Positions 40,804 through 50,331 of a stretch of DNA of 64,000 nucleotides are shown piece after piece. Positions within the stretch are counted from its first letter, which is position 1. Each line of letters starts with the position of its first letter. Under the pieces are notes generated by a model that saw only the letters and a program-made list of their open reading frames with translations, did no database searches and had not been told where the DNA came from. The position numbers and the translations under genes are program-made. The stretch covers positions 32,001 through 96,000 of IMG/VR virus record IMGVR_UViG_3300048837_000975, one strand, 5' to 3'. The stretch is from a virus.

Positions 40804-41190
40804 ATGCGCAGAATTTACACTTCAGTTGCGAACTTTCGCGCTCCGTACAACAACGTTGAGTTCGCCGGCCTTGGCGACGCTCCGACGTGGCCGAAGGGAC
40901 GAACGTACTGGGACACGGCCAACTTTATGGCCACTCAGGACGATGGGTATTTCCAGAACAATAGCCTTTTTGGGCTTGGTTTGACCGACGTTCAGCGAGC
41001 AAACATCGAAGCTGCTCGCAAAGCCTCGTCAGAGGCGGCGTCCAAGGCGGGAGCTATCGCCGCCAGAGCCGAAGCTGTCGCTCGCGGTCTGGTTCCTCCG
41101 CCGTCTAGCCTTACGTCCTACCTGTGGCCGGTCGCTATCGGCGCGGCTATCATTGGTGCGGCTGTCGCCTATCGTAAGTTCAAGAGCTAA
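40804..41190 (+). CDS. putative virion membrane protein
   Basis: two GLG; IEAARKASS module; TM. Confidence 0.7.
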   Translation: MRRIYTSVANFRAPYNNVEFAGLGDAPTWPKGRTYWDTANFMATQDDGYFQNNSLFGLGLTDVQRANIEAARKASSEAASKAGAIAARAEAVARGLVPPPSSLTSYLWPVAIGAAIIGAAVAYRKFKS

Positions 41191-41210
41191 GCTCTTCAAT
41201 TTGCTCGAGG

Positions 41211-42071
41211 TTGAAAACCGGTGTACTCTACTGTGAGTACATGAGCGCACTAATCTCACTTGCGGCCAAGTACACGTCCGCGAACCCGTTTCCGGTTGGC
41301 GACTTTGCCAAACCAGACGTGCGCTGGGCTGTGCTGTGGGCCAAATACCTATCCGCGAAAGCCGTTGTGGACCAGCTGGACAAGACCGGCTACTCAAAGA
41401 CCAACGCAACAACGGCTAGTCAGAAGCTGACGACGTTCGCTGAGCAGAATGCTAACAGCTGGATTCCGGAGTCGGTTTCGAGGCTCATCTCAACCACGGT
41501 TAAGACTCCGATCTCTTCTAGAGATCTGCGCGATCTGATTCTGAATCAGTTCTTTGCGGCAGCCGAAGCGATGCGGCTGCATGAGATTGATCGAGCATCG
41601 AAGCTGATCGCTCAGGGTATCATGTCGAACGACGAGCTAATCCGAGATTTCTCGGCTCGCCTTCGCATCTTCTCTGTCATTGAAGATCTGAACAAGAAGA
41701 AGGCCCTTGAGAGCATCAAGGGAGTCTATTCTCCTGTGCCGCTTGGCGAACCGATCACGATCGGAATCAGCGCTGCCGTGCTGGCTGTCGTGCTGGCTTT
41801 GATCGTTGTTGCTGGCATCGTCGCGTGCATCGTTATGATGTACGAGATTGAGCGAAAGAATCAGTTTGCTCGAGAGCAGTGCCGAATCAACCCGAACAGT
41901 CTGGCTTGTGTGCAGGCTGTTAAGGAACTTTCCTCGGTATCAAAAGGGATCACCGAGATGGGTGGGGATATTCTGAAGTATGTGCTGATTGGTGGAGCGA
42001 TCTACCTTGGAGCAAACATGCTTCTAGCAAAGGCTCAGGGCGCCGCCATCAGTAGGGCTATTCGACGATGA
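41211..42071 (+). CDS. membrane protein (start probably ATG 41241)
   Basis: two TM near the C-terminus. Confidence 0.65.
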   Translation: MKTGVLYCEYMSALISLAAKYTSANPFPVGDFAKPDVRWAVLWAKYLSAKAVVDQLDKTGYSKTNATTASQKLTTFAEQNANSWIPESVSRLISTTVKTPISSRDLRDLILNQFFAAAEAMRLHEIDRASKLIAQGIMSNDELIRDFSARLRIFSVIEDLNKKKALESIKGVYSPVPLGEPITIGISAAVLAVVLALIVVAGIVACIVMMYEIERKNQFAREQCRINPNSLACVQAVKELSSVSKGITEMGGDILKYVLIGGAIYLGANMLLAKAQGAAISRAIRR

Positions 42072-42388
42072 AATACTCTAAGTGGAAGCCGTCAGTTGGT
42101 GGGTACGACGTTTTCGAGGAGCGCGGAGGGCAGTCCGTTGACCTTGGTAACGACCTGCCTGTGCCCAACCTCACAGGAGGAAGCCCTATCGGCGTTTCCA
42201 GCGTGGAAGCTGGAAGACGAGCGACCGGTCGCCATGTGAAGGTTGGAACCTCGCCGATGCCGCAGGGAATGATTTTGGCAACCAGATCTGGTCAGCTCGG
42301 GTTCCTTCCGGAGATTCCTGGCGGGACGAGCGGGCTCTGGATGCTCTTAGCTGGGCTTGGTTTCGGTTGGTTGCTTTGGCGCAAGTGA
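42068..42388 (+). CDS. small membrane protein
   Basis: C-terminal TM followed by RK. Confidence 0.65.
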   Translation: MKYSKWKPSVGGYDVFEERGGQSVDLGNDLPVPNLTGGSPIGVSSVEAGRRATGRHVKVGTSPMPQGMILATRSGQLGFLPEIPGGTSGLWMLLAGLGFGWLLWRK

Positions 42389-42398
42389 AGAGGTAGCC

Positions 42399-42851
42399 GT
42401 GGAATCTCACGAAAAAGCAATTCTTACTACGTTGCTCAACGAAGTTATGGAACTCCGTCGAGAGATTCAATCTATGCAGGTTGAGGATTCTCGGCGGTTC
42501 GATCTGATCACCGGCAGAATAGCTTCGCTCGAAGTCGACGGAAGTTCCGCTCGAACCGTTCGTCACCTAGAGTCGCTGGACAACGCGTTCGCGCAGCACG
42601 TCGAGGATGAGATTGAGTGGCAAGGGCGCGTCGGAGAGAGGCTGCTTGAGATCGACAGAAAGCAGGATGAGTTTCAATCGAACTTCATTGGCTCACTGCA
42701 GGAGATGAATGTTCTCACTCGCGATCTTGGTAACACGCGCGCAGAGATCATTAGTCGAGGTCAGGTTCACGGTCTGAAGGCCGGCGCTCTGGTATCCTTC
42801 GTTGTCAGTGTCGTTGTTGGTGTAATCAACGCGTTTGGTTTCGGGAACTAA
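42399..42851 (+). CDS. coiled-coil protein with C-terminal TM
   Basis: GAGGT SD before GTG; C-terminal hydrophobic helix. Confidence 0.6.
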   Translation: MESHEKAILTTLLNEVMELRREIQSMQVEDSRRFDLITGRIASLEVDGSSARTVRHLESLDNAFAQHVEDEIEWQGRVGERLLEIDRKQDEFQSNFIGSLQEMNVLTRDLGNTRAEIISRGQVHGLKAGALVSFVVSVVVGVINAFGFGN

Positions 42852-42856
42852 AGGCT

Positions 42857-43405
42857 ATGCGCAGAACGGAAGTTGATGCAAAGGCTCTCCGTGAGACCTT
42901 TATGGATCGTCCTGCTAAGCGAAAGACCAAGCTCAAGTGGTCTTGGCCCAAGCAGATGATTGAGGCTGGCTCCTGCGAAGCTGTGATGTATACGTCCGAC
43001 AAGTGGCGCGACGAGGGCGACTATCAGGACTATAAGCACGTCGCGGAGGGTCCGCAGACGCTCTACGTAAAGAAAGGTTTCCTAGCGGACCACGCTGGTA
43101 AAGAGATCGTTCTTTGTGGACCAGTCGTCGAGATCGTTACGGACATGCCCGACACGATCGCGATGCTCGCTCCGATTCTTGGAGTTCAGTGCCGCCTCTA
43201 TGATGAGGATGAGGGCGGCGAGGCGTACCTGCCCAATGGAAACAAGAACCTGTATCAGGTTGACATCAAAGGAGCGAAGCTTGGCGCGGCGAAACACCCT
43301 GAGACCGGCGAGACGTTTCTCGTCGTTTACACAGAGAACGAGGGTGTACTCTGCATGATCACTGGCACCAAGCTCGACGTTCTCAAAGACGGAATCGTAG
43401 GCTAA
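42857..43405 (+). CDS. hypothetical soluble protein in the structural cluster
   Basis: 182-aa ORF with TAATG coupling. Confidence 0.65.
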   Translation: MRRTEVDAKALRETFMDRPAKRKTKLKWSWPKQMIEAGSCEAVMYTSDKWRDEGDYQDYKHVAEGPQTLYVKKGFLADHAGKEIVLCGPVVEIVTDMPDTIAMLAPILGVQCRLYDEDEGGEAYLPNGNKNLYQVDIKGAKLGAAKHPETGETFLVVYTENEGVLCMITGTKLDVLKDGIVG

Positions 43406-44400
43406 TGTACTATTCGCTTTCTGGAACAACCACCGTGAATCAGTATGCCAAGGATGTTGGCATTACTGATGATCTGGTTCGCGCGTGGGAGGACAAGAAG
43501 GCAGCGTTCGTTAGCAAAGCAAGATCCGATATCGAGCAGTTTGCTGCAAACGCAGAGCAGCTGATCGCCAAGAAGAGCAAGTTCGCGAACGAACTTCTTT
43601 CGATGGATGCCGACAGTCCAGCTGGAAGGGCTGTCATTTCTACTCTCAAGGCTGTTGCGGACGGGAAGCTTCGCGCTTCTGAGGTCGAACAGATCGCTGG
43701 TGGAGCCGCAGCTTCAGCGGGTGTGATTTGTGGGCCAGGAGCTCCCGCTTGTGCGGCTGCGTTCGCTACAGTTGCCAGCTTCACGGCCGGATCCATTCAC
43801 AGGTGGGTCACCGGTGAGTACAAGAAGGCTCGGCGCGAGGAAAAGAAGGCGGAGAGTTTCTGTCGAGAAACAAAGGTAGCTTGGCAGTCCGCGATCGACG
43901 GCCTCTCGTCCGCATACTATCGACTTCTGAGCCCGTACATCGGCAACAAGGCGTTCTTGAGCAGGGCGGATGCGGAAAGGCATCTGATCAACGCTGGAGC
44001 CGTTCCTCCTCCAGAATACTGCACAGTTCCGTGTAGCACATGGGGAAACCCGAGTTGCGTCAAGCCAGAGACTGCAAGAGCGAAGGCTTCCGATCTTACT
44101 CGTAAGTCATCGAACACTGTTGAGTCAACTAAGGTTGCGTACGAGGCGGTGATCAAATCGTATGCAGATCTGTCTCTGGCATACCAGATCAAGTCCAGGG
44201 TTGAGGAGGCAGCAAGGTTCGCTCAGCAGTCTGCCGCAGCAAAGTCAGAGGATGACACAAAGAGAGCCGCGTACGAGGCCAAGATGCGCGCAGCTCAAGC
44301 TGAAGTAACCAAGCAGCGTACTCGTAACTTCACAATAGCGGTTGTGTCCGTCTCTGCGCTGGCCGCTGCTGCGATTGTAGTTCTTGCTCCACGCAGGTGA
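43405..44400 (+). CDS. helical protein with C-terminal TM
   Basis: 331-aa ORF; TM followed by RR. Confidence 0.7.
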   Translation: MYYSLSGTTTVNQYAKDVGITDDLVRAWEDKKAAFVSKARSDIEQFAANAEQLIAKKSKFANELLSMDADSPAGRAVISTLKAVADGKLRASEVEQIAGGAAASAGVICGPGAPACAAAFATVASFTAGSIHRWVTGEYKKARREEKKAESFCRETKVAWQSAIDGLSSAYYRLLSPYIGNKAFLSRADAERHLINAGAVPPPEYCTVPCSTWGNPSCVKPETARAKASDLTRKSSNTVESTKVAYEAVIKSYADLSLAYQIKSRVEEAARFAQQSAAAKSEDDTKRAAYEAKMRAAQAEVTKQRTRNFTIAVVSVSALAAAAIVVLAPRR

Positions 44401-45110
44401 TCCAAATGTCGGACGGACTAGGTAAACTGAGAATCAAGAGCCCGATCAAGATCAGCACAAAGGGCGGTCTTAAGGTCGGGGTGCAATCGCCTGTTCAGGT
44501 TGATAAGGGAACGAAGCCACTGGAGATCGTTAGTGGCGTAGCTAAAGCGATAATCAGCCCGGTCACGGCTCCCGTAAAGGCCGTAAACCAGTTGCTGGAC
44601 AAGGTTCAGGATCAAAAACCAGCAGATCCTTTTGGTGGAATGTGCTGGACAGCAATAGCAGTTTGGTACTCGGACTTTGCCAAGTCGGCGACTGCAACTG
44701 AGCGGGCATTTGTTCTGGCCAAAGGCAGATCCGCAACGGCTAGCGAGCTCGCACAGATGAGAAAGATCGCCAACCGTGTCCCGGTTGAGCACTATAGATT
44801 CCTGAGATCCAAGAAGGACAGAAGAAACGATAAGGTATCCAGCACATGCGACAAAACAACCGACGATCTCTTCAAGGCTGATGTCCAGCGAAGAGAGTCC
44901 GAGATCGTGTCGGCGTTGTCGCGTGAAGCTGCGGCTAAGCCGGTGACAAAGAGTCCTGCTCAGCCGACGATAGCTCCCCAGATCGAAAGATATGTCGCTC
45001 CTCAGGTCTTGGTCGAAGCGGTGTCGTCCGCTCCGGCCAGGATTGCTATATCTGTTGCGGTTGTCGGCGTTGCCGCGATGATTGCATACCGCATTGCTAG
45101 CAAATCTTGA
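44397..45110 (+). CDS. putative virion membrane protein
   Basis: DGLG near the N-terminus; C-terminal TM. Confidence 0.65.
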   Translation: MIQMSDGLGKLRIKSPIKISTKGGLKVGVQSPVQVDKGTKPLEIVSGVAKAIISPVTAPVKAVNQLLDKVQDQKPADPFGGMCWTAIAVWYSDFAKSATATERAFVLAKGRSATASELAQMRKIANRVPVEHYRFLRSKKDRRNDKVSSTCDKTTDDLFKADVQRRESEIVSALSREAAAKPVTKSPAQPTIAPQIERYVAPQVLVEAVSSAPARIAISVAVVGVAAMIAYRIASKS

Positions 45111-45156
45111 CCGAACTTCTCATGTGTGAGACTCTACTGGTTAAGGGGAAACAACT

Positions 45157-45546
45157 ATGTTCAGTGGACTAGGCGCTACAGCTCAGGCATCGTTGAGCTT
45201 CAACGCGAGCAGCTCTGGCGGAACTTCCACCAAGAGCACATCTTCTTCTGGAGGGGTAAATCCTTTCCAGATCATTCAGAAGGTACAGAGCGATTTCGCC
45301 GCCGCGCAGAGGAAGGCGGCAATCGAAGCCTCGCGCAAGGCGTCGTCTGAAGCTGCGTCCAAAGCCGGAGCAATCGCGGCACAGATCGAGGCTGCAGCAA
45401 AGCGTACCGCGGCTGAGCGCTCGCTACTTACGTCTAGTGTCACCGCTCCGACCGCTCCCGCGTCAGGAGTCTCGACTGGGCTTCTTGTCGCTGGCGCTGC
45501 TGTTGTTGCTGCTGGCGTTGTTGGATATCTAGTTCTGAGAAAGTAA
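45157..45546 (+). CDS. putative virion membrane protein
   Basis: MFSGLG; IEASRKASS module; TM followed by RK. Confidence 0.7.
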   Translation: MFSGLGATAQASLSFNASSSGGTSTKSTSSSGGVNPFQIIQKVQSDFAAAQRKAAIEASRKASSEAASKAGAIAAQIEAAAKRTAAERSLLTSSVTAPTAPASGVSTGLLVAGAAVVAAGVVGYLVLRK

Positions 45547-45549
45547 CAC

Positions 45550-46230
45550 GTGCCGACACCCTGCGGGAAAGCGTCGTACCAGATTCTGCCCAACTACCTT
45601 GTTGAGGTAAACGGGAAGGTTCCGACTTCTGACGGAATGCGCTCGAAGCTCGAGAAGCTTTGGAAAATGTATGGTCGCGAGGTCGCGGCCGCTTGCTCCA
45701 AGCACGGCATTCCTAAAGCGTGGTTCATGGGAATCATGCTGAAGGAGTCCGGTGGAGATGCGAACGCCTGTAGCCAGTGCAACGCACAGCTGTGTCCAGC
45801 CCTGTATAAGCACGGACTGTGCGCCACGCAGAAGTGTTGCGCATACGGTCTGATGCAGTTTATTGACAGCACAGCTCGCGACTACGGGACAACTGGCCCG
45901 GCGTTGCTAGGAAACGCTAGCCTGGCGATCGAGATTGCTGCTAGGTTTATTGCAGACAAGCGTTCCGAATATGGAAACGATCTCGTAAAGATCGCCGCAA
46001 GCTACAACTGTGGAAGCCCAAAGTGTACCGGAGAGGGAACCTTTGGGTACTGCGGACAGAACGACTACTCGATGGGCGTTTTGACCGCATCAAATACCTT
46101 CCAGCTGATGGGGCTCGGATCTGACTTCAGCTTGAGCCTGGAGCCAATCTTCTGGTATGGCGCCGCCTTGGGCGCCTATCTCGCCTGGCGCAAAATGCGC
46201 AAAGCGCAGCGCCTTCCGGTACCGGTGTAA
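45550..46230 (+). CDS. SLT-family lytic transglycosylase with C-terminal TM
   Basis: ESGG..NA; GLMQF...TA; ASYN.G. Confidence 0.88.
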   Translation: MPTPCGKASYQILPNYLVEVNGKVPTSDGMRSKLEKLWKMYGREVAAACSKHGIPKAWFMGIMLKESGGDANACSQCNAQLCPALYKHGLCATQKCCAYGLMQFIDSTARDYGTTGPALLGNASLAIEIAARFIADKRSEYGNDLVKIAASYNCGSPKCTGEGTFGYCGQNDYSMGVLTASNTFQLMGLGSDFSLSLEPIFWYGAALGAYLAWRKMRKAQRLPVPV

Positions 46231-46235
46231 CTTAG

Positions 46236-46904
46236 ATGGCTGTTTCCGTAAAAGACGTTTGTGGCCAAGCTCACCTAAAGCGAGGTGTCTGGGAGAAGGT
46301 GTGCTTTTCTCAGCAGTCTGACGCTTTCAAGGTGAAGATGGTCCAGGTCGCCCAGAGGTTAGGAATGGATCCTAGCTGGCTGGCCGCCGCGATTGCGTTT
46401 GAGAGCGGATTCAACCCGCAGGCCGTTAACCCGATATCTGGAGCTACTGGTCTTATCCAATTTATGCCGAAGTCGACAGCTCCTCAGCTTGGAACCTCCC
46501 AGGCTGAATTGCTGAAGATGAGCGCCATTCAGCAGTTGGACTACGTTGAGAAGTACTTTACGAAGTTCCACGCGAACAGATCCTGGAAAGGTCCCCAGGA
46601 TGTCTACTTTGCCATCTTCCTTCCAGTACTGATCGGAAAGGGACTGGATGACGTTGCGGCAAAGGCTGGCTCCCCGATCTATGATCAGAATAGGGGTTTT
46701 GACAGATCTGGAAAGGGATACTTTACGGCAAGAGACGTGGCTCAGCCCATCCTCTCTATTCTTAGCTCTGCAGATAGCAAACCACTTGTGATCGCGGCCG
46801 CGGCCGCAACAATCGGAGCGGCTGTCTGGTTTGGTGTCGCGGTTGGCGCATATCTCGCCTGGCGCAAGATGCGTAAAGCCCAGCGCCTTCCGGTGCCGGT
46901 GTAA
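46236..46904 (+). CDS. lytic transglycosylase with C-terminal TM
   Basis: FESGFNPQAVN..SGATGLIQFMP..TA. Confidence 0.88.
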   Translation: MAVSVKDVCGQAHLKRGVWEKVCFSQQSDAFKVKMVQVAQRLGMDPSWLAAAIAFESGFNPQAVNPISGATGLIQFMPKSTAPQLGTSQAELLKMSAIQQLDYVEKYFTKFHANRSWKGPQDVYFAIFLPVLIGKGLDDVAAKAGSPIYDQNRGFDRSGKGYFTARDVAQPILSILSSADSKPLVIAAAAATIGAAVWFGVAVGAYLAWRKMRKAQRLPVPV

Positions 46905-46912
46905 CTTAGAAC

Positions 46913-46941
46913 TTGACTATACATAAATCGGATGGTACCTT
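46913..46941 (+). promoter_or_regulatory. sigma70-like promoter
   Basis: TTGACT-N17-TACCTT with extended TG. Confidence 0.55.
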
Positions 46942-47067
46942 CCTACGTGAAGCTGAGTGATTCCTGGTTTTGTGTTCTCGCCAATCCAAAAATGGCGAAT
47001 GACCATGCCAGGTACTCTCTAAAGAGAGACGGCGGGCTCCGTGTCGTGCGGAGTTGTGTATTCAGAC

Positions 47068-49329
47068 ATGGCTGCTAAGCGAACAACCAAAGGTAAGGCG
47101 TTCAAGATCACCGAGAAGCAGGTGAAGGGCTACGGTTATGCGAAGCCTAATCCTGTTCCGGTTACCGCCATTGTCGCTGTGAACGGCAAAGGCGCGTACA
47201 AGAAGGCGCAGTCCGCTAAGTCTGTCATGTCCGGTCGCTCCAAGTCCGAAAGGCTCGGACGCGCACGGAAGTTGACTGCAAACACCCTAAAGGGTGAGAA
47301 TGCAAAAGGTTCGGCCTCTTACAAGAGCAACAAGGAGATTGGTATGCGGAAAACGGTAGCGCGCGCTCGAGTAAGGGCCGCGCTGAAAAAGAACCCCAAG
47401 TCGCCCACTGCGGCGCAGCTGAAAGCTCGTCAAGCTTTCGCCAAGATGGTCAAGGCGAAGTCTGGTAAGCTCAAGAAGAACCCGGGCAAAACTTCTGCGA
47501 AGAAAGCTCTGGCTGCTGCGCGCAAAGAATGGGCATCAAAGATGACCGCTAACAAGCGGCGTCGCGGTGGAAAGGCCAAGAAAAAGTGGGCCACTCCGCC
47601 AAGTTGGGCTCGCGGTCCTGCTGGCACCCAGGTGATGGGCGCCATTGGTCCTACCGGAACCAAGGTGATGGATGCTGCGAGGACTACGCGCATGGACGCC
47701 GTTGGCGCCCGTACGATGGTCTCCCCGGTCTACAGTGAAAGTTCTGCGCCCACTCGGCGCGCCGGTCGCAAGACCGCTTCTGTTCGTGTTGTGAAGCCTA
47801 CTAAGAAAGCAAGAAAGGGATCTCGTAAAATGGCTCGAAAAGCGGCCAGCAAGCGCGCCAAGAAGGCCGCTTCGGTCAAGTCGGTTAAGGTTGTTCGTCG
47901 TCGTCGGAAGCGCGTTGCCAAGAAGGCGGCGAAGAGCGTCAAGTCTCGACGCACGCGCAAGGCTGCGAAGTCTCGCAAGCCCCGTCGGCGAGTGAAGCGC
48001 ACCGCGAAGAAGGCAAAGCGCACCAAGAAGGCGAGCAAGCGTCGCACCAAGAAGAGCCGCAAGGCTGCCGCGAAGAAGGCTCCCCGCAAGGCTCGCAAGA
48101 CGCGGAAGGCTCGCAAGAGCCGCAAGACGCGACGTATGCGCAAGAATGGTCTGACTCGTCGTCAGCGCGCGGCTCGCAAGGCCGCTGCCACTCGCGCGGA
48201 GAAGAAGGCGCGACGTAGCGCTGCTGCGAAGAAGGCTGCTCGCAAGCGTTCACGCAAGTCTTCTGCGAAGAAATCGGTTCGTCGGGTGCGTCGTCGTCGG
48301 TCCGCTAAGCGGACGACCAAGCGATCCGCGAAGCGTGCTGCTCCGAAGAAGAAGGCTCGCAAGGCTCGCAAGTCGCGTCGCTCGTACAAGCGCAATGGCG
48401 TCGGTGCGAAGGTCAAGAGCTTCTTCAAGCGGAATGGCGTGATGGAGATCGTGAAGTTGGCGGGTCTCGTGACCGCTGGCGTCGTGACTCACCGCGCTTT
48501 GACCGCTGGTCTGAACGCTCTCGTTCTCAACCCGCTGCTCAACCCCGCTCCGACGGTTGCTGAGCCTGCTGCGACCGGATTCGTTCCGGAAGCTGCGAAG
48601 CCGATCGTCAAGCTGCTCGCTTCGGCTGCTGTTGCCGCGGCTGGTACGCTCGCCGTCAAGGCTGTCTCGAAGGATGCTCAGGTCGTCAACTCGGTTGCTG
48701 CCGGTATGATTGCCTCGGTTCTCCATCAGGCGGTTGTGACTGCGGTGGATATGGTCTCGCCCAAGGTTGCTGGCTACCTCGCTGGCGTCGAAGACGGTAC
48801 CGCGGCTCGCCTCTCGGCGATGTACGGTTACGGCGCTGCGTCGCTGCAACCGAGCTATGCTCCGATCTCGGGCATGGGCGAGTACTTCGAGGGTACGGCG
48901 GGTCTCGGCGAGTACTTCGAGGGTACGGCGGGTCTCGGCGAGTACTTCGATAGCACCTCCGGTCTCGGCTCGTATGGCGGCAACCCCGACATCTTCGAGG
49001 CGGCGGCGGGCTACGGAATGCTCGGCGACAACTCGGACGGCTACACGAACAACATCAACCCCAATGACGACCTCGATCGCCAGCTGACGATCGCGGAAGC
49101 GGCGGCTGGTGTTGGCGCGGCGCCCTATGAGGCTGCTGCTGGCATCGCGGAAGCGGCGGCGGGCTTCGGCTCGATCCAGTCGGTTCCCTCGGCGGACACC
49201 TGGGTTCCGGGTTCTGCTAACGGTCAGCTGTGGGCGGGTACGCGAGCTGTGAGCAATCCGCAGTCGGCAACCGCGATGGTTCCGGCCGGCGTGCTCGAGA
49301 GCGGCGGCGGCGCTGGCATCTTCGGCTGA
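47068..49329 (+). CDS. histone H1-like Lys/Arg-rich protein with hydrophobic helices and acidic GLGEYF/EAAAG repeats; candidate DNA-condensing core protein
   Basis: about 450 aa extremely basic region; strongly biased codons; directly upstream of the capsid-like gene. Confidence 0.7.
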   Translation: MAAKRTTKGKAFKITEKQVKGYGYAKPNPVPVTAIVAVNGKGAYKKAQSAKSVMSGRSKSERLGRARKLTANTLKGENAKGSASYKSNKEIGMRKTVARARVRAALKKNPKSPTAAQLKARQAFAKMVKAKSGKLKKNPGKTSAKKALAAARKEWASKMTANKRRRGGKAKKKWATPPSWARGPAGTQVMGAIGPTGTKVMDAARTTRMDAVGARTMVSPVYSESSAPTRRAGRKTASVRVVKPTKKARKGSRKMARKAASKRAKKAASVKSVKVVRRRRKRVAKKAAKSVKSRRTRKAAKSRKPRRRVKRTAKKAKRTKKASKRRTKKSRKAAAKKAPRKARKTRKARKSRKTRRMRKNGLTRRQRAARKAAATRAEKKARRSAAAKKAARKRSRKSSAKKSVRRVRRRRSAKRTTKRSAKRAAPKKKARKARKSRRSYKRNGVGAKVKSFFKRNGVMEIVKLAGLVTAGVVTHRALTAGLNALVLNPLLNPAPTVAEPAATGFVPEAAKPIVKLLASAAVAAAGTLAVKAVSKDAQVVNSVAAGMIASVLHQAVVTAVDMVSPKVAGYLAGVEDGTAARLSAMYGYGAASLQPSYAPISGMGEYFEGTAGLGEYFEGTAGLGEYFDSTSGLGSYGGNPDIFEAAAGYGMLGDNSDGYTNNINPNDDLDRQLTIAEAAAGVGAAPYEAAAGIAEAAAGFGSIQSVPSADTWVPGSANGQLWAGTRAVSNPQSATAMVPAGVLESGGGAGIFG
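48877..48950 (+). repeat. 30-bp coding tandem repeat, about 2.5 copies (GEYFEGTAGL)
   Basis: GGCGAGTACTTCGAGGGTACGGCGGGTCTC exact copies. Confidence 0.95.
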
Positions 49330-49335
49330 TAGTTG

Positions 49336-49364
49336 TTGACAAATGATGTAGGTTCATGTAGTAG
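49336..49364 (+). promoter_or_regulatory. putative promoter of the capsid-like gene
   Basis: TTGACA-N17-TAGTAG. Confidence 0.45.
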
Positions 49365-49503
49365 TATCTGAACACATCGCACCTTGCCCCAGAGACTTCC
49401 GGAAAACCGGGGTCCTGGGGTTAAGGTGTCAGAAGGGTCCGAGCGGGAACCAGGCCCGTAACTAACCAAGGTAGACCTTTCAGGAAAGTAAAAGCAAAAG
49501 ACC

Positions 49504-50253
49504 ATGGCAAAAATTGTTTCTATTCGCGAGCGCGTTCATCAGCCCTTCTATGACCACCTGATCCGTACGGCTGGTATGGCGCAGGGCTCGGTCCAGGACA
49601 CGAACGCTCTGTTCACCTCGAACGGCGCGCGCACCGAGGCGACCACGAACTTGATCAACGGCGCGACGCTGCCGTCTGACCAGTCGCACGTGACCCTCGT
49701 GCTTCGCGTTTTCACGTGGTTCCGTAACCCCGTTCTCCGCGTTGCGGGTGCGGATGCTGGTGAAGTGGCTGGCAACGGCGATTATGACGATCTGGACGAG
49801 TTCCAGACCGGCGGGATCGCGGTCGGCAACGCTCCGGGTTCCACGAAGGACGTGTACCGTCTGGCGTGGCAGTCGAGCGAGCAGCTTCACTGGACGTTCG
49901 GTGCGGGTCTGAAGCCCAGCATTGACAATATGCCTACTTGGTACTTCCCGACGGGTGGCGGCCTCCTGTCGGACCTCGCCGGCAGCACGGACCTCGTGCA
50001 CCTCAACAACGGTATGCCCTCGCATGAGAGCATTCTCCGCCTCGGCCGCGCGGTGCTCATCCCCCCGCGTCAGAACATTCTCTGCACTGCCAAGATTTTC
50101 AGCCTTCCCGACGCCGGGAACGCGCTGGCGTTCGGCACGGTGCAGGGCAGCCGCAACATGCTGTCGCTCCGCGACAACCTGAACGCGGTCGACCTCGTGC
50201 AGAAGTGCGTGAGCTTCTGTATCGATGGTCTGTTCAGCCGCGACGTTCAGTAA
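49504..50253 (+). CDS. putative major capsid protein (beta-rich, single jelly-roll-like)
   Basis: 249 aa, no TM, alternating beta pattern (QPFYD...TNL..G.LP...FP.GGG...NG.P...IDGL.SRDVQ); strong codon bias; own promoter and terminator; the fold is inferred, not searched. Confidence 0.6.
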   Translation: MAKIVSIRERVHQPFYDHLIRTAGMAQGSVQDTNALFTSNGARTEATTNLINGATLPSDQSHVTLVLRVFTWFRNPVLRVAGADAGEVAGNGDYDDLDEFQTGGIAVGNAPGSTKDVYRLAWQSSEQLHWTFGAGLKPSIDNMPTWYFPTGGGLLSDLAGSTDLVHLNNGMPSHESILRLGRAVLIPPRQNILCTAKIFSLPDAGNALAFGTVQGSRNMLSLRDNLNAVDLVQKCVSFCIDGLFSRDVQ

Positions 50254-50280
50254 CAGCGGATTCTGTCGAAATCGACAGGG

Positions 50281-50316
50281 CGAAGGGGCTCCGGGGTTGA
50301 CTCGGGGCCCTTTTCG
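50281..50316 (+). terminator. intrinsic terminator hairpin after the capsid-like gene
   Basis: CGAAGGGGCTCCGGG-GTTGA-CTCGGGGCCCTTTTCG; a second small hairpin CTGTCGA-AA-TCGACAG at 50263-50278. Confidence 0.7.
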
Positions 50317-50324
50317 TCTACAAT
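50297..50324 (+). promoter_or_regulatory. sigma70-like promoter of the mini-array, embedded in the terminator
   Basis: TTGACT-N16-TACAAT, 7 nt before the first repeat. Confidence 0.7.
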
Positions 50325-50331
50325 GTAGAGC

